Assembly: GCA_965153455.1 (NCBI GenBank)
Contig: OZ234493.1
Location: 8,174,213 to 8,238,212, forward strand
Length of the DNA: 64,000 bases
Direction of reading: 5' to 3'
DNA from: Sphagnum compactum
Lineage: Eukaryota
The translations under genes and the position numbers were made by a program. Of the stretch, positions 53,894 to 64,000 are shown in pieces. The notes under the pieces were generated by a model. The model was not told the origin of the DNA, ran no database searches, and saw only the letters and a list, made by a program, of their open reading frames with translations. Numbering within the stretch: position 1 is the first letter of the stretch; the number at the start of each line of letters is the position of its first letter.

Positions 53894-54106
53894 CATTGTG
53901 TTAGGTAAGCTTACAAGCGAGGCGATAGGGTGCGTATGTAAGCGCATTGTATTAGGTGAGCCTACAAAACAAGCTCGGTAGGGTGAGTATATAAGCGCAT
54001 TGTATTAGATTTGCCTTAAAGAGGAGCCTGGTAAGGTGAGTATGTGAGTGCATTGTGTTAGGTAAGCCTACAAATGAGCCCGATAGAAGGTGAATATGTA
54101 ACCGCA
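53894..54106. repeat. Tandem repeat of about 52 bp, 4 copies
   Basis: CATTGTRTTAGGTRAGCCTACAA...GGTGAGTATGTAAGCG units start at about 53894, 53945, 53998 and 54051. Confidence 0.85.
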
Positions 54107-55849
54107 TGTGGCACAATGGTTATGGGTGTCGCGCCCATTCTTTTACATAAAAGGATTTTGCTTCACCTTTTTGAAAAAGGAGGATTGTGTTTTTGAAAAT
54201 AGGATATGGTTTTTTCTTTTTAATAAATTATGTTAAATTATGGTTCTTGACAAGGATATTTGATTACTATGTTAAATTGTGAAGAAAATACATGAGCATG
54301 TAACTAATTATCTATCACCTTGGATGAGATTTATGCAATTTAATGAACCTTCAAAATCTTTTTATGTGTTATGAAATAAATTAGTGTATTTTGTATACAT
54401 ATATTTTTTCAAGAAATAATGCGTTTGCTTTATTTGCCAAACAAAGCAAATGAAGTGGGCTTTGTTAGAAAAAATAAAATTTAATTGTTTTTTCTACACA
54501 TCCAAACAAATTATTTAGTGTGGCTTTTTATTTGAAAAGATTTATTTTGGAGGGACAAAGAGGTGGAACACAAAATAGTTTTTTATTTTGCTCATAGTGT
54601 TCTTGAACTTTGTCTGGGCATTAACGTCTGCACATGAAAACCCTCTTTATTGGTTGTGCAAACATTTTAGTATATGAAATGATGCATATTACAATTCATT
54701 GAATTGAAAAACTATAAAATCTTAATTTTTAATTTTTTTAATTTTTTTTTGCATTTTTTCATTCATATATATATGTGTAACTAGATTTTCTTTTTGTTTG
54801 TTGTGTGCTCTCATTTTACAAGTCAATGAAGTATGAAACGATCTTTCTATTTCGAGGGCCTTTTGACATTTAGCCTTTGAAGAGTGAAATCATTTGTTAC
54901 TTAAATGTATTGTAAGGATATTATCTACATGTAACTCTAGACCACATTTTTGTTCAAAGAAGTTTTCAAATTTTGTTTTTATTTTTTCGGCCCCATTTTC
55001 ATGACAATCATAAATGGAAAGTTTATATTCTTCAATCATTGATAAACAATTTGTGGGATGATATTCAATGCAATTTTTGCAAAATATACAAACTCTGAAA
55101 TCAATACTATGACTTTTTTAATTGGCAATCGTTCTATATTGAGATTTGAAGAAATAGTGAGATCTAATCTTAGAAGAAATTAACCAATGGACAACATAAT
55201 AAAAAAGGTCAAAATAACAAAAGGGTTACTGGCCAACATAGAAAAGGAGGTCACAAACTTCTATATCAACAAATTGATTTTTGACAAAACAAAAAATAAA
55301 TCTTTGAAAATTACAACCGTAGAGTATGATCTTAATCGTAATGTGAATATTTATTTCACACATTATGAGGATGGTGAAACCTATTGTTTTTGTTCAATGC
55401 ACATCCACTTTGTTCATTTTGTAAACAAAGGTGTACATAGCATTTTCCTAAAAACTTTTAAAAGAAACCAAAGAAAAAAATCTATTTTTTTTCAACTTCA
55501 CAAATTTGTTTAACCATAGACAAATTATATTCAATGTTGGGAGGTTACCATGTTTTAAAACTTGAAGCTAGTAGGTAAAAGTAAGATATACATATATTTT
55601 TGACCAATTGTTTTCAACATAAAAATTTTGGGTTTGAACCAATGTTGCTTTAATTGGGGTTTTTTTAGAAAAACTATAAGGCCTAGGTTTAATGTTTTTA
55701 ATAAAATGGATGACACATTGGTTCCAAGTCTTTAAAATATTATAATAAACTAAAATTCATAATTTATAAGGTTGGGTCCAATTTTTATATTGTTGATTTT
55801 TGAGGTCAATGGCCTTAAACTTTGTAAGGTTCACCAATTCCACTTTCAA

Positions 55850-57300
55850 GGTGGGATCAGGTCCAATTTTTGAGATTGCCAATACAAGCATTTTTGGGAA
55901 AAATATGTTCTCAAAATTTGGATTAGTTTAAAAAGTACACATCCTTCACACCTTTTGTAATTTCAATTTCTTCCAAATTATTAAACTTTGATAAATGAGT
56001 TGGTTTTTAATCTTCATGATGAAATTCATAAATAATAAAATGGGCATTTAGTTTAGAATGGTGTATTTAGGCCAAACATAAGAGAATGACTAATTTATAT
56101 TTTAAAAATACAATAGGAAAACATGGGCCAATCTAATGGAATATATTAAAAGGAACAAACTAAAAACCCCAATAGACGCAATGGTGGTGAGTTATTGGTG
56201 GAGTACAATAATGAGACCATGGGAAGTTGGTTTCATAGAAAATGAATAGCCAAACTATATGCACAAGATTGTAAGGTGTTTGCAAATGTCTAGTATAAAA
56301 ATAAGGGTATGTTATCGGCTAAAGAAAATATAGGAAACAAATTTTTCACTATTGAAGAAGAAGTGGCATATGAGAGAATGATTACAAAGTTTGGAGACTT
56401 TTTGAAAGCTTGGGATAGCCAATGTCCAAATGGAAAATGGGAGATAATCTGATTCCTTCAATTGTGTGCATAACATCATTATCTTTTAAGTTAAGATGTG
56501 ACTTAAGGGAAAACAAATGTTGTTTTTTAGAAGGTATCCAAATGTTTTCAATATGGTAACATATAGGGTGTTGTCCTTAGCAAGATAGTGTAGTGTTGAT
56601 ATGGGGTCAAGTAGCAACCTGAATGGGAAATTGGCCCAAGTTAAGGTGATTGAAATTATCATAGGTCCTAAGAAAAAATCCTTAAAAAATCCATTGTCAT
56701 TTATTGTGTGGGAAAATGGGAGTGATGTAAGTGGTTCCAAAAGTGTATTCCTATAACAATTTTCTACACATATGCCATAAGGAGGAAAATGTTTAAATGT
56801 TTAAACCTAAAATAAATATAATGGAAAAAGATGGACAAGGTTACTTCAACCTACCTTTAAACTAAGGTGGGTTAATATTTGGTGTAAGCAAAGTAGTAAA
56901 AAAATAGTTGGGTTCATATGGTTTATTTGGAATAAGGTTGTTGTGGTTAATGTATGGAAAATGAAAACAAATATGGGATCAACAAGGCATGCCCATTATG
57001 TGGTTATGAGAAAGAAATTTTTTTCCACAAGTTTTGGGGATGTCATGTTTAACATGCATGGGAAAAATGTACAAAATTTTAAATAACTCATGTGTTGTGG
57101 CATTAGGTCAAATTTGGGCATTACCTTACTAAATACATTGGAAAGGACATGGTTTTGGATGGAGCCACTTGATTGGGTAAAAGAATAATGGACTGCCATT
57201 CAATATACCAACTTGTAAGTGTATGATTATAAGTAAATGTTCATGTGTATAGTGGTGCCCATAGTTAGTAAGGGAACAAAAATGAAATTGTTTGAAGATT
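55850..57300 (+). mobile_element. Second LINE ORF2 C-terminal remnant, heavily decayed
   Basis: 56823-56975 reads GKRWTRLLQPTFKLRWVNIWCKQSSKKIVGFIWFIWNKVVVVNVWKMKT, then a frameshifted ACPLC. Homologous to the zf-RVT-like segment at 25355-25633. Boundaries approximate. Confidence 0.7.
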
Positions 57301-60300
57301 TCCACCATTGAACCAACCATCTTTTTTCAACAAATAATGCAATTGTAGTCCTTCATTTGCACAATCATTAAAAAATGTTTATCACATTATTTCATTTAAA
57401 AATAGTTTGTTTAGTTGGCAAACATTATTATTCCACTATTTAAATGTTGAATAAAATAATTGTAGTTGAAAAATGCACATGCATCTTAGTTATGAACCAA
57501 GGTTCCTACTACTGAAATTTTTGTTCTCACACGAAAAACATACCTATAAGTTTCGTGAATTTAAAAAATAAAATGATATTTGAATCATTGACAATTTCGT
57601 TGTTATGTTGGCCTATCCCATTATAATTTATGTGAATGTTTTTGCAAAGAATAACATTAAATAAACCCACATCAATAGAAAGTCATGGGAGGTTTTGTTT
57701 TGTAAATTTAAAGCATTACACAAATTTCATTCTTTACAATTTGAATATTATTACAAGTTTTGAAGTTACAAAACATATTAATTCAACATAAGAAGCATGT
57801 TGGTGTGTGAAACAAACACTTGTAAGTTTAACAATTTTGAATAATAGGTTGCATTTGGATGATGAATAGTTCTGCTACCACATGGAGTAATTAGCCCTTC
57901 GCATGTATATGAACAAATTGACAACAATAACATTGTGTGAGCCAATTTTAAAAAATTGGTAACAACATATTCCATACAAATTTGAGCCCAATGAAAATTA
58001 GTCTATTTGGATTTGATGTATGCATGCCATATTGGTAACAATTTGGTTAAATAGAGAGTTGAATCATATGCAAATGATCCTTGTGCAATGATGAATGTTG
58101 CATCAATAAAGAAAAAATGAGGTTGGTTACAAGCTTTTGGAATATTCATTTCATGTGTTATCTTTAACATACATTATTGCACAACTCAAAACATTGTTGG
58201 CTTTTTATGCTTTCATTACATGCTTCCAATAAAGATTCCAAGCTCTTATATGGTCACACATGTGTATGTACTAGCCCTAGGACCTTTCATTATGAAAGGT
58301 GAAAGATTGGTTTGGACTTTAGGATACACACATATAAATGTGTGTCTTTTTTTGAATTTCTACCTTTCCCTAAGGCTTTGGTCATCGACCTCTATATGCA
58401 ATGACCCATATTAGTCATGCCCATTGTGAACTAGTTTGGTTATTGCCATTGTCACAACTTGTAATCCTTCATTACTCCAATCATTATACAAATTTTATTT
58501 TATTTAAATTAAAGATACATCATTTAAGGGAAAAAAAAAACCAAACTTAGCTTCAACATTGTAAGACATTATATTGAGTTCAGCATCATAGGCACATTGG
58601 TGTGTGAGACACATACTTACACATATTGCCAAGTCAAAAAAAAAGAAAAAGTTGGATGTACTATTTGCTTTCTTTCAGATGTAGGTTCATTTGTGATGCG
58701 ATGAACTTATCATGTTCATTGTTAATTAGTTGGGCTATACATGTTGTGTTCAAACTCTAATTGTTCATTACTTGATAAACTCTATTGCTTCCAATCCAAA
58801 TACCATAACATGTTTGTAGGAATACAAACATAGTTTTGATGTTGCAAGACATATTGAGTTAGTGATGAAAGACATGATGTGCAAAAAACATACTTCAAGT
58901 TTTTAAGTTATGCTAAATCAAAAGAATGTATCAACAAATTGATGATTGAATATCGAAGCACAACATGGATAAGAACTTAAAAGCTTAAAATCAAAAGGTG
59001 AACAATGATTTTAAAAAAATCATACATTCAAGTACATTTGCAAATAACCATTATAAATCTTGTAACTTATATTAAGGAAGATGGATTAAAGTGAAAATGA
59101 TGGTGAAAATAATGAAACACGACAAGGTTGAAAAATTGGGGTGGAGGAAAGGGTTAGATAAATGGTATGCTTTGAACATTGTTGAAAGCCCTTATATGAA
59201 CATATATTGTAGTATTTGATTGGGTTTGATTGGGATTTTCAAATATTTTGATGTATTTTGAATTTTTAGATTCGACATATTGGTTTTTGAGAAGTTTTCA
59301 GCATGTAACGAATATTAACAATGAAAGAACATATTATGTCACACATGTGCAAATGGTTAGTTTGTTTACAATGTGACACAATTAAACACTTTAACCTTAC
59401 GAATCATGTTCAAATCTAATTATCAATAATAGCGAAAACAACATTATTATCAACACAATTTTCATTTTGATTGATTTTTGAAATATTCAAATTATTGGAT
59501 CAATAATTTTCCCAAAAAAATCACAATTAAAAATAATTTAATTATCAACTGTCAAAGCTTCATTATGTTCTACACTAAAAAAAATTGAGAAGCACATAAA
59601 ACATGTAAAAAAAAATGCACATTAAAAAGATGATAGAATGCTATCTATAATAGAGACATACACCATATATGTGAAGACACTCTAATACAAATCCCATGTA
59701 TTGAAACATACAAAACTTGTTAGAAACTCACCTTTTGCAAAGAAACATGCACAAAGGAAAAGAACAATGCAATTTGCTAATGTTAGAATCAATGAGTTTT
59801 TTCAACAAATTTTTTTTTTGGGGGAAAAAAGGGAAGCTTTTGGATTATTGTAAATTTGACTAATATTGCTATTTTTTGGGAAAAACTTCACCACATAATT
59901 TGGCATTACAAAATTGAGAAAAAGAAAAAGCATGGGTATAATGCTGATATATATATCAACTCTCATGAAGAGAACATACATGGTAATTTATCAGTTGTGA
60001 AACAATGGACTCTTAATTGAAACAATCTAACTTCTAAGATATTGGAATTTAAAAATGCCAAAAATGTTGAATTGAAACCAAAACTAGTTGCAATTTCTAG
60101 GGTTGGGTTTTTAAAAAAAAAAATATTAATAATAACTTTTTCAATTTTTTGATATTGAGAATGTGGCCAATTTTCCAGAATATTAGCAAAATTAGTCATT
60201 TCCCACAAATTTGTCCTAAAAAATTCACTAGGAATCTAGGGTAAAGCCCCAGGGTGGTGGTATTCCCAATATAATAAGGGCCTAGAACTAGGGGGTAATA

Positions 60301-60462
60301 CCCCGAAAGAGCAGAAATGTCAGCACATTCGGTGGCGGAATTGTTTGCCGGAAACGGTCAGTAAAAGTACCTAGCTGCCGAACCTGCCCACTAGGTTCGG
60401 TAGTGTAGTCCACGTCCTGAAATGAGGTGTCGTTTCCCTGAGATCTGGAATTAGGGTTCTAC

Positions 60463-60470
60463 TAGGGTTT
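60463..60470 (-). promoter_or_regulatory. Telo-box (AAACCCTA) upstream of NAT10
   Basis: TAGGGTTT on the + strand, about 320 bp before the ATG; telo-boxes are typical of plant ribosome-biogenesis genes. Confidence 0.55.
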
Positions 60471-60787
60471 AAGGCTCCTTTTTACCCGTTCAGGTTTTGC
60501 TAGCTCTCTGTGCGCTCGGGGTTGCTGCTGCTTACTGCTGCCGCGCCTGCAACCAACGAGTCGCTGCGTGAGCTACCAGAAGACTCGCAATGGTGGAGAA
60601 GAACAAACGCATGAGAGGAGAGGTTTGGTATTAGGAGACGAAGCAGGTTTCTCGAAATTGGTGGAATAGGTGGAGAACGCGCAGGAAAGTTTGAAAGAGA
60701 GGAGCTCGAGGAAGGGAGTCAGTTGTGTCTGTGCGCTGCAGAAGAAGGAGGAGGAGGAGGAGGAGCAGGAATATTGTACTTTTTGCG

Positions 60788-63752
60788 ATGAGGAAAAAGG
60801 TGGATGCACGGATACGGACCTTGGTGGAGAATGGCGTTAAGACGCGCCAACGATCGATGTTTGTCGTTGTAGGCGACAAAGGGCGAGATCAGGTGGGCTG
60901 ACATATTCCCGATTTCTATGTCCCGTGTTCTCTCCGTTCGTTCTTCCTTGAATCCCTGTAAACTGAAAAACACATGAGCTACTTTGCGAGGATACTAAAA
61001 ATTCATTATGAAAGACATGAGACTTGTGCATTTTGAGTGCCAAATTTCGCAGCACATTGTGGGAAGGTTGACGGATGTTTTCTCTGGTTTGTGTGGATGG
61101 GTTTACTACAGGTGGTCAACTTGCACTATATGCTATCAAAAGCTGTGGTGAAAGCTCGCCCGTCTGTCTTATGGTGCTATAAGAAGGAGCTTTTCCTCAG
61201 CAGGTTATTTTCCTGTTCTGTGCTATGATTTACATTTGTTCTCTTTTTTGTGGAAACTGCTCAAGTGCGAGAAAGTAGTAAGGAGACCCATGGCATGTTG
61301 CCTCAAACCTCCAGTCCAGTCCTTGAGATGACACAGTCTGACAAAGACTTGGAACAACCAAACCCTAATTCTTGGCCCTATGAACAAAAGCTAACCAAAA
61401 TCACTTGAAGCACATGGAACAGTCCTTCTTCTTCTTCTACAATGACTACTGCTGTTTTTCTGCTTCTGTTAACGAATTCGGAACAAGATGATATCTGATG
61501 CAGTCACTATTTTGCTTTTCAGCCACAAGAAAAAGCGAATGAATCAAATCAAGAAGATGATGCAGAGGGGTCTTTTGGATCCAGAAAAAGACGATCCCTT
61601 CTCTCTCTTTGTAGCAAGCACAAACATCCGCTACTGCTACTATGCTGACACTCACAAGATTCTTGGCAACACCTTTGGCATGTGTGTTCTCCAGGTCAGG
61701 GTTTCTTATCATAGACATCCAAGCCATTTCTGGGGTTTATATTCTACCAGCCATTCTAGTAGGTTGTTGAGAGATGCTCAGTTACAGTTTGTGTAGTTGG
61801 TGCTTCCAAAGCAACAGGTTATGGTCTGTTGTTCACAGATGCAGTCGAAGGCTGAGGATTTATGTGGGTTTGTTGCAGTGCAGGACTTTGAGGCGTTGCA
61901 GCCCAATCTGCTGGCCCGCACCATTGAAACTGTGGAAGGGGGTGGTCTAGTAGTGCTTCTTCTCAGCTCCCTCACCTCTCTTAGCAGTCTCTACACCATG
62001 ATGATGGTGTGCCCTCTCTCGACACATGGGACCTAGCTTTCTGGACAATATCAACTCCTGTATTGTTTGAAATTTCCTGTAGTAATATTGATAGATTGAA
62101 TTTTCCAGCCTGAGTTCAACAATATCTGCTCTTCTGGGGATAGTGACAAGCTCTTTGAAACATTGGAGCCTGCTCTTGCTTATTATGCATTACTGTGTTT
62201 TTCATGGTTCTCTGGGTTTTCCCTTGCAGGATGTACATGCAAGGTTTCGGACAGAGGCACATGTCGATGTTGTTGGACGGTTTAATGAAAGGTTCATACT
62301 ATCCCTCGCATCATGTAAGGCCTGTGTGGTCATGGACGACGAGCTTAACATTCTGCCTATTTCTACCCACATCCGCTCCATCACCCCCCTTCCAAACATT
62401 GAGGTATCATTCTCTGCATTCTGGAGTACATTTGACATACAAAATGGCATTTGTCACATCTTTTCATGTGCAGTCCTTTGGTCTGTTTTTTCCCTTAAAA
62501 GTCTATTCTTGGTGTTGCTCAAAATTATTGAAGTTCTTTTTGAGGTTTTGTTTTCGTCTCTTTGGTCTCCTTTATTTCTGCATTATGTAGACTAACTTGG
62601 TCCTCATTTTCTTTTCTGTAGTGTGAAGAAGGTCTCACAGAGATGGAGAAAGATTTGAAGGAGCTCAAAGAGTCATTACGAGACACACAGCCAGTTGGAC
62701 CACTGGTGGGCAAGTGTCGTACTCTTGACCAGGTTTGATATAGCTCTCTCATCACCTACAGTCATTTTATACAGGTAGCAGATGCTGTTGTGATCTGTAA
62801 TTGGGATTGGGTTTTGATTTTGATTTTGGGTGATGTACTGTAATTCCAAGTGGTGGCTTTGATGTTGACAGGCAAAGGCAGTGATTACCTTTTTAGATGC
62901 AATCTCAGAGAAAACTTTGCGGAGCACTGTAGCCTTGACTGCTGCACGTGGTCGGGGGAAGTCAGCAGCATTGGGAGTGGCTATAGCAGGAGCTGTTGCC
63001 CTGGGGTATGTTGTAATCATGATAATTAATCCTCCTCCTAAGTTTACTTAAACATTATTCCCACAAGCAAATTTTAGGGTTTTCTGTAAACAGCGTGCTT
63101 AAATTTTTGATGTTATGAGTTATTTGTGGGTTTGGTCTTCTGTAGGTACTCAAATATTTTTGTGACAGCACCAAGCCCAGAGAATCTGAAAACATTGTTT
63201 GAATTTGTCTTCAAGGGTTTTGATGCAATGGACTACAAGGTTTGTCTAGTTCCATTCAACACTGCACTTTACAGATGGTACTAGGAAGTCTGTTTTGGTA
63301 CATCCTTTGGCAGGTGTCATGGGTTGAATTAGAGTAAGCTGTCTTGTGCTTTCAAGGTTTGGTCAGCATGGCTGTTAGAATCTTGACACTCTATCATCAT
63401 CATGATGGGTCTCTCTTCATCATCACACAAAAGCTTCTGAAGTCACATGTTTTGATTTTGGGAAATTGAGGAATTTCCGCATGGAACAAATAAGCAGATG
63501 GCAGCCCTATAATCTCATCTGTTACAGGATCTCAATGGGTGGCAGGTGTATGTCAGTCCAGATTATGGAGAGGTCCTAGTTGGTAAACAAGTTATTCCCT
63601 ATCTGCGGAATTTTTTTATGAGTAGCTCTCATTCTTTCTTTGATAGTTCGCAGGAGCATATTGATTATGAGTTGGTGGAGAGCACAAATCCAGCATTTAA
63701 CAAAGCTATAGTGCGAGTCAATATATTTCGGCAACACCGCCAGACCATTCAG
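60788..63752 (+). CDS. NAT10: RNA cytidine acetyltransferase NAT10/Kre33, 5' part (continues beyond the window)
   Basis: Exons 60788-60892, 61112-61203, 61523-61694, 61884-62006, 62230-62403, 62622-62732, 62872-63005, 63146-63239, 63654-63752. Translation MRKKVDARIRTLVENGV...VLWCYKKEL...ILGNTFGMCVLQDFEALQPNLLARTIETVEGGG...Walker A ALTAARGRGKSAALG...IFVTAPSPENLKTLFEF. Confidence 0.96.
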
Positions 63753-64000
63753 GTATTGTCAGCTTTCATATTTGAGAGTTCATCTTTACCCAGCATTCTT
63801 ATAATGCAGGTGCTTCTTGACTACATCTGAGTGAGCTTAAATTTTGCTTGTGATTTATAAAGTGGGGTCCCTGCACTTTGAAGGGGAATGACTAATAACT
63901 GAGAGCTGTACTACATGTTTGAAATGGCAGGTTTCTAGGTTGCCCCTGACTTCTTCTAGTGAACAAGTGGTGGGACTATGTTTTCATCAGCTGGGGTTGG

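Noticed and set aside
61204-63653. U13-like ac4C guide snoRNA in NAT10 introns
   Set aside because: No convincing C/D box pair or 18S complementarity seen
35308-63752. Functional gene cluster (SRA, GID8, CNOT10, NAT10)
   Set aside because: Unrelated housekeeping complexes separated by TE DNA; no evidence of co-regulation

Overview
Eukaryotic land-plant nuclear DNA. It is most likely a bryophyte and its repeat style resembles Sphagnum, but that is inference. The window holds five intron-containing genes, reconstructed by hand from GT-AG junctions and reading frame: HISN7/IMPL2 histidinol-phosphate phosphatase (+, 10.3-14.8 kb), a stand-alone SRA/YDG protein (+, 35.3-37.7 kb), a GID8/TWA1 CTLH subunit (-, 42.8-45.8 kb), CNOT10 (-, 48.2-53.1 kb) and the 5' part of NAT10/Kre33 (+, from 60.8 kb, running off the window). 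The AT-rich spacers contain transposon debris: an intact solo LTR with a 5-bp TSD and an older decayed relative, two non-autonomous CACTA-like elements, two LINE remnants, a hAT transposase relic and several minisatellites. The most interesting observations are four. (1) The SRA-only protein has SUMO-interaction-like motifs and an Asp-to-Asn change at the 5mC-reading position. (2) A CACTA element carries a tRNA-like Pol III promoter inside a CCTAGG palindrome array. (3) A chained uORF arrangement precedes a GID8 first exon whose only coding content is the ATG. (4) A palindromic G-box minisatellite lies upstream of CNOT10. No prokaryotic systems or CRISPR arrays are present.
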